Below are positions 52,530 through 64,000 of a stretch of DNA of 64,000 nucleotides, piece by piece. The notes beneath the pieces were generated by a model. That model did not search any database and was not told the DNA's origin. It worked only from the letters and a program-made list of their open reading frames with translations. The position numbers were made by a program, and so were the translations under genes. How positions within the stretch are numbered: the first letter of the stretch is position 1; every line of letters begins with the position of its first letter. This DNA comes from Dicyema japonicum (taxonomy: Eukaryota; Animalia; Dicyemida), in the NCBI GenBank assembly GCA_011109175.1, contig RDEW01000022.1, positions 477,834 through 541,833 of the forward strand, in the 5' to 3' direction.

Positions 52530-53930
52530 GTAAGAAAAAAAGTCAAGTGGAAAATAGGTCAAGCGGGAAAAAAGTCAAGTTGTCTTTTTTCAGGTAATAT
52601 CGCATTTTTTGTTATACTACTAGCATCTTTTAATTTTTAATAATTTTTTAATACTTGACTTTTTTTCCATTTTTGAAATTTTTTCCCTTATAAATTTTCA
52701 AAATTTCAAGTCCGTAATTTCTTTAACGGACTTGACTTTTTTCCGTTTATAAATTAAGATTTTTATTCATGATCGATTCATTTTAAAGTAAGGAAGTTTC
52801 TATCTATAATATTTTCTTTATATTGATTTACTAAAAATTCCAAATTCAAATTATGATTTTGAATAGCCTCAAAAATTCTTAGTAAATCTTTCGTGATTTA
52901 GAAGGTAATATTCCATAAATAACTGTAATTGCACTGGCATTGAACTGAATCCTGATAAAATAGATTTGCTTGAAGATACACGGTGCCATGGAAAAATATC
53001 CATCCAAATACCATGATTTTGAATTCCCCAATAACGTTAAATTAGTTTTGGTGCTGAATATTAATATTCTATCGGTTCTTCTATGATTATCATAAATTAA
53101 AAAAATTTCTGAATCTAGGCAAAGAGATAAAGTTAAAGAGGATAAAATATCTCCGAGATCGAAAATATTTTTTGGAATAGGTAGAGACAAGCTTGATTCT
53201 TTAGTGTTCGCTTAAAAGAATCTGCAGAAAAAAGAATAATTCTGGTTGCTGTTTCACATTTAACACAACCGTAAAGGAATTTCTTTACTCGTTTTAGCAA
53301 TAACTTTTTTTTCGTTGCACGATTTTATCAGTTTTATTTGACTTTCATCAAATTCGTAATTGTGAGAAATTCCTTCTTTGGGAAATTCAAAATTTATCTC
53401 TTCTTAGGCTTCCTCTGCATCCTTGTGAAGATTTTTTTACACATTTAAAATTATATAGTTTTTTGTCACTGAGTGCATTGTATACATATAACCCTTAAAA
53501 TAAATTTACTTTCCGCCTTTGTTAGTTGATATTATCTCCATTTTGTCACTTATTTTTGCGGCAAGCATAATAATTAAAATACGCTTAATTATAACCTTGA
53601 ATTCCGTGATTAAGTCAAAAAGATTAAACCAAAGCGAAAAATGTCAAGTCAATTTTATTATCACCTTGAAATTCTTAAATTGATTTAGTCAAAGCGATTA
53701 TTCCAAAACGGAAAAAAGTCAAATCCGTGATTTCGTTAGCGTAAGGGAAAATTTAAGATAATTGGAAAAAAAAGTCAAATGGAAAAAAATCAAGTGTTGA
53801 AAAAAATGTTTAAAATTATAAAATGCTACTAATGCTATAAAAATACGATATAAACTAAAAAAAGACGACTTGAGTTTTTTTCCGCTTACGGACTTGACAT
53901 TTTTTTCGCTTGACCTTTTTTCCGCACTCC
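52530..53930 (-). mobile_element. MULE transposon with FLYWCH-like region, degenerate long TIRs
   Basis: WYLDGYFSMAPCIFKQIY and VIYGILPSK; about 200 bp of degenerate inverted repeat rich in aagtcaag at both ends. Confidence 0.78.
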
Positions 53931-55706
53931 GGTGGAGGATCCAGACCATCATTTCAAACTAGCCCGTCGAATCAAATGAGCTGTTGGATCTCAGCGATAC
54001 GGACTCCCTCTTGCTTTCTTGTCGGAGCAAAGGAAAGCCAAGAAGATTCCACTCAAGATCCTGAAACCCATCCGGATCCCCGCAGCTACATGCCTAGCTT
54101 CCGTAATTGACGACGCATTCACGTCCAACAACCAAGAGGCCTGGCTCAAACTCCTCGGTATCGCCCCGTTCGCACTTGGCATACCATTCATCAAGTCAAA
54201 GGAACAACACCGGAACACTAGAGAAAATGCAACACGTGGGAATTCCCTTTCCTCGAAAATGATAAAGAACATCCAGATTTTCCATGTACATTCTCTCACC
54301 AAGACGGAAGTCCTGAAACCAAAACACCCGGATGTCAATCCTCTGTCTTTTTAAGTGGCCCGCCACTTTAAAACATCTTCACCAGCATTCAGGCCTCGCA
54401 AATATGTAACCCTCAGCTAAACCACCGCCCAATCATGACTAACTCAAAAAGAGGGTTAATCGAAAGCTTTTCGAAAGATATCCGAGCAGCTTTACGGATA
54501 ATCGCTTCAAATGATACATTATTTTCCCCGCCCCCGACTGTTCTTGAGACGCTAAAAAGGAAACATCCAAACCCTCCGGACGACCTTTACATACCTACTA
54601 CTATTGAAACCACTTTAAGGATGACTATCAACGTGAGAGATGTGCGACTCGGGATTGCATAGTTTGCTGCTAGTAGCAGCGGAGGACTGGATGAACTGTG
54701 TCCGGGCCGTCTGGTTCTACAACTGAGGCTGGACATAATCTCGTCAAATCGATCACTTATGGGGATATTCCATGCACAGGACTTTCTCTTCTCTGCCCAC
54801 CAACTGGAATTCTCAAAGATTGATGGAGGCGACCGTCCCATTGCAGTTGACAACTATTTCAGATAATTGCTTCCAGGCTTGTCTCTAAAAAATTATCCCC
54901 AATCCAACCGGGTGTAGGCGTACATAACAAATGCGAAGCCTCATTTCACGCTGAGCATCAATTGAACTCACAACCTCATCAATGGTCAAGGCAAATAATA
55001 TAGGTCCGAGCGGATCTCCTTGTTGTACACCCGTTTTTGATTTAATAAATTCATTTTCAAAAACCAAAGACGTATCTTCCCCATAGGATAGATTGACAAG
55101 AGGGAAAAGCTTTAGAGCCCTCTTCCAACACGTTTTCATAATTTCGTCTCTTCTGAGAGAATAAAAGGCATTCGTTATGTCCAACTTGATTCCAATTCAT
55201 TCATTTGAAATATTTTTCTGTGTGAAGAAACGCCTTGCTGCATGAACCGCAACCTCACATCCGTTCTGAATACTAACACCCATTTGTTTTTGAAAGAACT
55301 TTTCTCCGAGTTATCGGCTCACCATAGTCGATGCTACTTTTGCTGCAAGTCTTCTAAAATAGTTCCCGACCGCAATGGGGCGGATTCCTCCGTTGAATTT
55401 TTTGAAAGCAAGTAGCCTTGCGGAGAAAAGCAATTTTCTGGCATATTTTTGGATGTCGCCGTTAACCGTTTTTCTGATTAGGTCCGTAATTGATTTGACA
55501 AGACAGCGTCTAACTTCCGAGGTGTAAGTGGACGTAAGGTCCTTAATATGGCCTGGACGTAACCCTTCCAAGCCTCCACCGCTGCTAGCCGCGAAGGAGG
55601 TTATTCCGTGGCGCACTTCGGATTCAGTAATGATTATCTCCTGGGTTCCTTCAGGATTCAAATTAGGACAACTCCTCTTTGCATTAACGATCGATCAAGT
55701 CGTTCG

Positions 55707-55904
55707 TTCCGTCGATGGGGAATTCAACCTCTGGTATCTCGATGACGGAACAATTGGAGGGACACCGAAAAATGTTTATAACAATCTATCGAACTGGTAC
55801 CTGCCTTCCGTCGATGGGGAATTCAACCTCTGGTATCTCGATGACGGAACAATTGGAGGGACACCGAAAAATGTTTATAACAATCTATCGAACTGGTACC
55901 TGCC
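55707..55904. repeat. Perfect tandem duplication, 99 bp x2, in frame within the CRE RT
   Basis: SVDGEFNLWYLDDGTIGGTPKNVYNNLSNWYLP is repeated. Confidence 0.9.
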
Positions 55905-56998
55905 TTACATGATCTCTGCCTGGAGGTCAGCACAAAAAAGTCGGAACTCATAAATTTGTCATACCCAGAAAACGATTTCCTCAACATGACAAGAATATTT
56001 TACTGTTTAATACCGATTATATCCGTCGTCCCCCGTGAGAAAGTCTATATATTGGGTGCCCACTCGACAATGCAGAATTACAGAAACTTGAGCACAATTT
56101 TTGACGAAGCTTGCTTGCAGTGGAGGGTAGCAGGATTTCCAATCCCAGATGATGTGTCGAATCAGAACAAATGGGACACAATTTCCTGCAATGCTATCGT
56201 TGATAGCCTAAAGCAAGAGTCGAACCAACAACGGCTTGCCTATTTGCTAGCTGCTGCACAACATGGGAGTAGTGCATGGCTCCACGCATTTCCATGCGCT
56301 TCTTTTGGAACTCTTATGGAATACGACTGTGTGAGAATTGAAATAGTACAACGATTGGAACGTCTTCCAGAAGCACAGATGCCGTTGTGGAGGAACAGTT
56401 TACACAAAAAAATTACATCCATTGTCTTGAAAAAAATCCAGGTCGCTCACCTCATCACATCATTGAATAATGTTATTCTTCGAACCCTCGAGGCAGCAGG
56501 CTTCTCAGCTCAACTGGAGGCTGTCGGACTGGATCATGGATATGACAAGAGGCCAGACGGAATGACGCTTTTCCCATATTCACACGGAAAATCATTGGTC
56601 TGGAATGTAACCTGTGTGTATACCTTCTCCACTTCGCTTCTGAGATCTGCTCATAAACCCAGAAGATTGGCCAAAATCCAGAAGTACTCGGCCGTTGAAG
56701 ACCGATACCGATTCGCACCAGTGGCTATAGAAACGTCGGGAGCCGTAGGATCCCTCACTGCGGACATTCTGAAAGAAATAGGAGGGAAACTAGCGAGCCG
56801 AAAAAAGAACCTCTTGAATCGTTCTGTCTTAGACAACGAATCAGGATTGTAGTGTATTAAGTGGAAACGCATACGCAATCCTGTCTGCAAAGGATTGGTT
56901 ATAGAAATCTTTCATTATTGTTAATAAATCGTTCATTCAAAAAAATATATTATAATTTTAAAAAAATTTAAATTAATTTTTGTTGTTCTTATTCTTGT

Positions 56999-57718
56999 AT
57001 GACCATAAACTACTTTTCAGTCTTTAAATGTATTTTAAGGAGGGCTTCCATCCTTCCTTACATAGTTGAGACTGCCGGTACAGGAGAGAAAATATATGAC
57101 ATACCAACTCGTTTATTAAAAGACCGAATCGTATGCTTAATGGGTCCTGTTTGCATTTATATTTAAAATTCCCAGGTAAATGACAGTCTATCATTCAGCA
57201 TCGTCTCTCAACTACTCTATCTTCAGTCGGAGAGCCCCTCAAAGCCTATCCATATCTACATTAACAGCCCTGGAGGCTCTATTTCCTCCGGGCTTGCTAT
57301 CTATGACACAATGCAGTTTATCTCTCCCCCTATAGCTACTTGGTGTGTGGGTCAGGCTTGTTCAATGGGGTCTCTGCTTCTGGCTGCTGGGACACGTGGA
57401 ATGAGATATGCTTTGCCTTCTTCTAGGATCATGGTCCACCAACCAAGTGGTTCCTTTGAAGTTTGTCAATATAATAAACTTTTAAGGGACAAGCTACGGA
57501 CATTCTAATTCAGGCAGATCAGATTCAAAAATCAAAAGAACAGATCAAGGGGATGTATTCCTACCACTGTGACCAGACTCCTGACCTAGTCGGTTTAGTT
57601 TTTTCTTATTGTAGCCAATTGGTTGGAGAGGGATAAATTTATGACTGCTGTGGAGGCAAGAGAATGCAGACTCGTTGATACCGTCGTTAATTCTTCTAAG
57701 ACTAAGAAGTCTGTTTGA
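56999..57718 (+). CDS. CLPP: Mitochondrial ATP-dependent Clp protease proteolytic subunit
   Basis: [18 protein letters not shown]|, [10 protein letters not shown], catalytic [15 protein letters not shown] and ERD; 27-nt intron at 57149-57175; stop at 57716-57718. Confidence 0.92.
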
Positions 57719-57808
57719 TTGTATCCATTTCATTTAATAGGTCTTATTTTTATGTCCTTGTTTTACTTAAGTTAACACGCTGTTCCTCTATTGACTCCTG
57801 TAAAGTCA

Positions 57809-58084
57809 GGTTCACCTTTTTTATTGCTGATGAACTCAGCAAAGGAAAAGACATTACTGGTCATCTTCAATTTAAATAGATAAATTTATTTTCACTAGAA
57901 AGTGAAACACTGAAATCCTAGGACGGACATCCGTACTCGAACGTAGGGTTCACCTTTTTTATTGCTGATGAACTCAGCAAAGGAAAAGACATTACTGGTC
58001 ATCTTCAATTTAAATAGATAAATTTATTTTCACTAGAAAGTGAAACACTGAAATCCTAGGACGGACATCCGTACTCGAACGTAG
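57809..58084. repeat. Perfect tandem duplication, 138 bp x2, in a minus-strand LINE remnant
   Basis: Units start at 57809 and 57947; the minus strand reads PTFEYGCP. Confidence 0.9.
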
Positions 58085-58173
58085 GTATAAGGAGCTGGTT
58101 GTATAGGAAAAGCGAACATCAGCATAGGCTCAAAAATAACGAAATCTTTTATAATTATTATATGAACGATTTT

Positions 58174-59779
58174 TGGTGAGGTGGTGACGTGCCTCGTTTT
58201 TTCTCTGTACAACGGTCAAGAAAATTGTCTGAAAAACACTCATTAAACAATCGAGAACTCAAGCTAATGACGTTTAACGTACGTGGAATATCGAAAGATT
58301 GGACAAGGAAAGTACTTTGTGACGATCTCGACAAATACAAAATATCTATTGGCTACCTACAAGAGACGAAAATCTAAAATGGACGTGATGAGACATGGAA
58401 CAACTACCGACTGATTTTCTTCCCAACTGAATCAAGCACTACGGCATGGGATTTGCTCTACACGTAGAGTATCTCAAAAAATTACATCGCTATTGGAGGG
58501 TCAACGACCGAATATGTGTCCTACAAGTCAAACTAAATGAACTATGCCTGTCCAAGAGTCTATTAACTGTCATAAATGTCTATGCACCACACTGTGGACG
58601 AATAATCAAAAACCCTGATGAGCTCGAGGAATTCTACTCAGAACTATCAAGCACATACTCTAATAATGCTTCCTCGTCGCTTGTCTTTGTTGCGGGAGAT
58701 ATGAATACAAAGGCCAGAATGTGAATGGGGCCCGAAGAATCCTCTATTGGAAGACACGGGCGCGGAAGGAGAAATGCATCTGGAGCCTCTCTGGTGAACT
58801 TCTGTGAGGCAAATAGCCTATTCCTGTGCAACACGGCTTTCATGTATTCTGCTTGCCACAAGACCTCGTGGCATGGACAAAGAAAAAACTCTGTGGGGAG
58901 ACTGTGAAAATATATAATCAAATCGACTACATTATATGCCGAAAGTCTAATAAATACCTGCTAAATGATGCACGTTCCTACCAGGGGACAACAACTGACA
59001 GCGACCACAGGATCGTCATTGCAAAACTATCTGTAAAAAACACTTGACTGGGAAAATATATTGAAAATGCAAAGAAAGCGAGAAAAAGACCCAATATATA
59101 CTTTTAGACAGGAAATTGTGGTTTGAGCCCACTTGTAGAGCTAAATATCACGAACAAATCGAGACTCTTATGGATAATACCGCGCCGGAATCATCAGTAC
59201 AAACTCTGTGGGATCAAACAAAGCAGGTAATCTCCAAGTCGGCCAACATATGCCTTGGAGTCCGAAATCATTGCGCCATAAAATTAGATCACCACCCGAA
59301 CGTGCCAAATATGGCAAAGCATTGCAGAGAGCTACGGCTAAAAGCGGCAAACACGTCAGACGAGAGTAAAGAAAAGCTTACTAACAAAAGGAGCTAAAAT
59401 GGAAAATCAAAAAGATGAACAAAAAACACTCACGGGAAATTATTACATCTTTATTAAAAGATGTGGAATGCCTAAAGGACAATTCAAGGATGTATGCGGC
59501 TTTGCGACTGCTGCGGACAAAAAAAGGACAAAGCACCTTTCACATCGAAGACAAAAATGGAAAATTCGTGGGTAACCAGGAAGAAAAAACAGAATTGATT
59601 GCACGACACTTCGAAACACTATTGAATAAAGAAAATAAAGACTTTCCCCTTTTTGGGAAGAAGCAAAGGCGATAAAATTCCCAATCACAGTGGAAGAGGT
59701 GGAATTAGCGATAAATAAACTGAAGAACAACAAGAGTGCTGGGCCGGACAACATAAGCCCTGAGCTCCTAAAATATGGA
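58174..59779 (+). mobile_element. RTE-clade LINE 5' part (APE and linker)
   Basis: Same 5' motif tggtgaggtggtgacgtgcctcgttt; TFNVRG, INVYAPH, AGDMNTK, QIDYII, SDHRIV and GPDNISPELLKYG. Confidence 0.85.
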
Positions 59780-61994
59780 TTTTGTCAGAAAAGGGGAAGG
59801 GGTTTTCGTCTGTAGATATAAGATGGAAGGAGCTGCTTGCGACACGGGAAAGCCTCTTTTTTATCGTCGACATTTATACATTCGAAGACCCCAAGCTATA
59901 TGGAACACTGATTGTGAATTTATTTCTGTTGACATTTTCTGTGACGATGTGTGGATTATTATTGGTGGAATGTATTCGAAGACTCTTATTAATTGTGTGG
60001 ACAGTATCGGCCAGTTTTCGATTGACTATCCGAAATCTATTTTGGTTGGAGATTTTAATTCTAAGCTCGTTCTTTTTGGGTGTGGTACGACAAATCAGGA
60101 TGGACGAAGATTGAGATATTTATCCTATTGGCTTCGAGGTTTTGACATCCAAGGAACCAATTCATTATTCGTAAATAGGTGGTGATAAACTTGGTGTTTT
60201 TCTGGTGTCTTTATCTCTTATTGCGCAAGTCTTATCGGAGGCTTGTACCTCCTGGATATAAATCAGATGTTATTAATTTGAAAAGATCCGATGGCAGTGT
60301 TGTCACCGAAGCGGATTTCTTAATGCCTTTCGGGAGATGCTCGATAGAATTTAAGGGATTGATTCAAAGGATCTAGTGCCCGAAGAATTTCTTTCAAGTA
60401 TGAAAATTCTGGAAAAGCATTTTGGGACATGCCTCATGAAGATAATTACTAAAGAGGTGAAACAAACTATTATGGAGTGCCGAGATAAATCTCATGGACT
60501 GGACAAGATACGCCTTAAATTATTCAAGGATTGCCTTTTTGAGGTCCTCTGTTACCTATTTGGAGCAAGTCTCAATATAGGATATATATTTCAAGCTTAG
60601 AAGGATTCAATTATTCGGATGATCCTAAAACCAGGAAAATCGAGAACGGATCTTTTGGGCTATAGACCTATTAGTCTAATAAACTCAATTTCGAAAATCA
60701 CTGAGAGGCTGATTTATAAATGACTTACGCGCCATATCGAATCACGGAATTTTTTAAGCAAGAAACAATGAGGCTTTCGTCCATGGAGATCATGTTGATA
60801 TTGTTTTTCAATCTTGAACTCAGATTGAGAAGGCTAGGAACTTTAAATATCAGCTGAGTGTCGTCTGCTTGGATATATCGAAAGCCTTGGACCGAGAGAG
60901 ATTGGACCGCTTGTGTCTAATAAATTGTAAATTTGAGCATTATGTAACGCGTAGCGCCTGTGACAGATTATTTTAGTTTTCTAGTGATAAGAAACACCAC
61001 GTAGCGTGAAATGAGGCTTCGCATCCGTTATGTACGCCTACACCCGGTTGGATTGGGTATAATTTTTTAGAGACAAGCCTGGAAGCAATTTTCGGAAATA
61101 GTTGTCAACTGCAATGGGACGGACGCCTCCATCAAGTTTTGTCAGCTAGTCGCAGCTGGAATTCCAAAACTTTTACTTGATTGTTTAAGAAATCTTCTGA
61201 TAGGGAGAAGATCACTTGTGATATGTGGAAGATTTACTTCTGAAGAGATTGTTATGAAAATGGGAGTGCCACAAGGCTCAGTCTTAAGTCCTCTGCTATT
61301 TAATATAATTATGAGAGATTTTCCGGCTTTCATGAATCCTAGAACTAACGTGATTATTTACACAGACGACATACTGATATCAGATATCTCGAAAAGTCCG
61401 GTAGTGTCAGAGAGAATACTACGTGGATTTTTGGAAGCTATTCTATGGTAGTGTAAATCCCGTGGCTTAAGTTTCTCAATGGAAAAGTCAAAAGCCATGA
61501 AAAAGTTTTTTCTACAGGAGTCACTTTGAGTGGTATCGGAAATGTTGATCATTTGCGTTATTTGAGTGTCTGTTTTGGATATAGAGGAGATTCTGTTGAA
61601 GATGTCAAAATGAAAAGAAAAAGACTCACTAAGCACTTCTCTGTCTACGAAAAATAGGTTTGAAGAAGGAGACGTTTATCTTTATTTTTGATAGAAATAT
61701 TCTGCCCTCTCCATATACGGATGTGAAGGATAGTATTTTTCGCCCATAAGGTAAAGAATAATCAATCTTTTGGACAAGACCAGGAGGATGGAAATCAAGT
61801 TGGCCTTCCAATAAAGGGGTGAAGAATCACTAGATAAGGAGGAAACCCTGACCAAGTCAGTAAAGAGTGTGGTAGTGGAACGGATCGAGGGTTTTCCCTT
61901 AGAACCAAAGTGGATGAAACTTCATTCAGAAGATACTGCAACTCTGACAAAATGGCCTTTTTTGAAGCCATGAACGGCACTTGTCCCTTTGGAC

Positions 61995-62192
61995 CGGACA
62001 CCCACCGGTTCAGAACGATAACCTCAAAACCATCGGAAATCGTAATAAAGAACCTACCCCTCTGGGTTGAGGACAACGACCTCATGGACTACATCGGACA
62101 CCCACCGGTTCAGAACGATAACCTCAAAACCATCGGAAATCGTAATAAAGAACCTACCCCTCTGGGTTGAGGACAACGACCTCATGGACTAC
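61995..62192. repeat. Tandem duplication, 98 bp x2 with 2-nt spacer
   Basis: Units start at 61995 and 62095. Confidence 0.9.
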
Positions 62193-62439
62193 CTACAGGC
62201 AAAAGAAGGTCACTAGAATGTCTTGAGGAGCACACACGATGCCAATGGCGAAATCGTCAATCAGAGGCCACATAGCTAGTATATTGTGGCCTCTCCATTG
62301 GAAGGAACGTGATCACTTGAGAGTGGATGAGAAGAGGCCCGCTGATTTGCTTTAGCTGTCAGCAAGTCGGGCACTTTGCACACCAGTGTAAGGAAAGAAT
62401 GTGCGGGAGAAAATAATATCTTCGATTACAATATGGATC

Positions 62440-62697
62440 CGGGATTAAAAATTAATTGTGTTAACTGTGGATCTTCCAAGCACGGGGCCAGATATGGAGG
62501 ATGCCCCGTGTTATTGGAAGCCAAACATAAACTTGATGTTCGCAACAACAAAAGGGAACCAAGACAGACGGGATTAAAAATTAATTGTGTTAACTGTGGA
62601 TCTTCCAAGCACGGGGCCAGATATGGAGGATGCCCCGTGTTATTGGAAGCCAAACATAAACTTGATGTTCGCAACAACAAAAGGGAACCAAGACAGA
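62440..62697. repeat. Perfect tandem duplication, 129 bp x2, in frame in ORF1
   Basis: GLKINCVNCGSSKHGARYGGCPVLLEAKHKLDVRNNKREPRQ is repeated. Confidence 0.9.
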
Positions 62698-63667
62698 AAG
62701 ATAATACCAACACTAAAATCAACAAAGGGACTCCGCCGAGAATAACTACCGAATCATTGAAAGCGATATAAAAAAGAATAATCGCCCTCAAATAATAAAC
62801 AATGAACCGGTTCGACAGGCACGAAAATTGGCTCGGCAAGCACGAAGTGATATGCCTGACAAGATCTCAAAAGAACTGAGAGATATAATCTAGAGACTAA
62901 AAAAATGAGCAAAATTATTGGTGTGGATTTACGAAAAATGGCGATGGAGAGCCCAGGCCACCCAAAAACCAGTTAAAAAGATGTCTGAAATAGTGCTGGT
63001 GAATGCCCGATCCTTGAGGAAGAGGCATCATGATCTAGTATTACTTTTGACAGCCAAAAGGATTGCCGTCCTGGTGGTCAACGGAATTAAGGTGATACAA
63101 ACCAACACTACTATGCTTGAGGGATTGAACTCTACAGGAATACCATGGGCAGAAGTTGTCTAGGCTGGTACTAGAACCACACTGTTCTACAAATACGGAA
63201 GCCAAAAATTATCCTGGGAAAATAATGCGAATTTATCAATTCTACCAAAACTCTTATTTTCACAAGAATAATCCTACCGAAACTGTTAAATAGATGCTAT
63301 CCACAAAAATGGATAGAAAATTGTCACTATTAAGAAAATTTAGAAGATCAGCGATAAAGTTATCCCTGGGCAAAAGACTACGCGATGTCCTGTGTACTGA
63401 AGAGACTCTTGCTCCAGTTAGCAGATTGTTGAAAAAAGATCTTCAAAATTTTACACTAGAAAGCAAATTAATAATTGAGGTGGAGGACGTCGGAAGTAGG
63501 TCTCAAAGGCGGACTAATTAATAACCCCTATATCTAACTCCGAATTCTGTTTTCTAATAAAGCTAAGTTGTCAAATTAGTTTATTGAGGTATTGCTAATA
63601 CCAATGCTTTCTCAGCTGAATTGTAGGATTCGTATACGATTATAAATTTTAAAAAATTAAAAACAAT

Positions 63668-64000
63668 CTAATACGAAATTAGAATGAAATAAGTCCCAAT
63701 AAAATACAACGCCGAAAATAACACCAAAAACAGACGATCAAGGATCCCTGCTGCTTTGTTCCAGTCATCATCGATCTAACAATAAAGGATAATAGTACCT
63801 CTTCATCTTCTTTTTTATTTTTGAAAAATTCTGAAATTTGGTATACCGCTTTGAAAAATATATTTAATTTTCCTCCATTTTTTAGTGATTTTAATGGTTT
63901 ATTTAATTTATAATTTAAATCGAAATTGATTTCTTGCTCTTGTTGTTCCTCGTTTTCAATTACAATTTTCTTTGGTTTTTTCTTTTTTCTGCAAAAATTC
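63668..64000 (-). CDS. 3' end of a nicotinic acetylcholine receptor-like Cys-loop channel subunit (not in the ORF track)
   Basis: ...KAVYQISEFFKNKKEDEE|IDDDWNKAAGILDRLFLVLFSALYFIGTYFILISY*, with a 23-nt intron at 63776-63798. Matches the MA helix and TM4 pattern (DW..A..LDR.FL..F....GT). Confidence 0.82.

Larger units (their letters stand above)
52230..56930 (+). mobile_element. CRE-like composite element (copy 2) with N-terminal PHD finger, MULE insertion and an inverted internal CRE segment
   Basis: PHD at about 52372-52508; RT motifs including DRPIAVDN; minus-strand CRE RT at about 54953-55661; WYLDDGT; RLE motif [19 protein letters not shown] and APVAIET. Confidence 0.75.
59780..63170 (+). 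mobile_element. Jockey/I-group LINE debris (APE/RT, then a second ORF1 plus APE start), with a CRE fragment at about 61000-61150 on the minus strand
   Basis: VGDFNSK, YRPISL, DISKALD and GVPQGSVLSPLLFN; ORF1 KPSEIVIKNLPLWVEDNDL and CVNCGSSKH; EIVLVNARSL. Confidence 0.75.

Noticed and set aside
57827-57848. Hammerhead core CTGATGA...GAAA
   Set aside because: No stem II pairing between the two motifs; it lies in an antisense LINE remnant.
1-64000. CRISPR arrays, prokaryotic defence systems, or a non-standard genetic code
   Set aside because: No repeat-spacer arrays or operons. In-frame stops are confined to decayed TEs or resolved by short introns, and conserved genes read in the standard code.

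Overview
AT-rich eukaryotic nuclear DNA. Roughly three quarters is decayed, often nested transposons, with compact genes between them. Reading across GT..AG introns of mostly 22-27 nt, I can reconstruct nine protein-coding genes: ALG9-like mannosyltransferase (partial), SLC17-like MFS transporter, IQCB1/NPHP5-like, SLC3 (rBAT/4F2hc)-like heavy chain, a 55-aa putative secreted peptide, KIF21-like kinesin with WD40 tail, pyridoxal kinase, mitochondrial ClpP, and the 3' end of a nicotinic-type Cys-loop receptor. The SLC3, nAChR and IQCB1 genes point to a ciliated animal. Combined with ~22-nt introns this suggests a dicyemid-like reduced metazoan (inference, not proven). Retroelements present: RTE, Ingi-like, Jockey/I-like, R4-like, CRE-like and Penelope-like fragments. 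DNA transposons present: hAT, Buster, Tc1, pogo/Tigger, MULE and a Ginger-like integrase. The most interesting signals: (1) a tRNA-derived SINE family whose 3' stem-loop matches the 3' end of the resident RTE; (2) one SINE insertion fused head-to-head with a U2 snRNA 5' fragment inside a single 18-bp TSD, suggesting twin priming in trans; (3) Ingi-like LINEs starting with an HDV-like ribozyme fold followed by a 2A StopGo peptide; (4) CRE-like elements with an N-terminal PHD finger. All calls come from manual reading and remembered family motifs. No database searches were run, and transposon boundaries are approximate unless a TSD or TIR is quoted.
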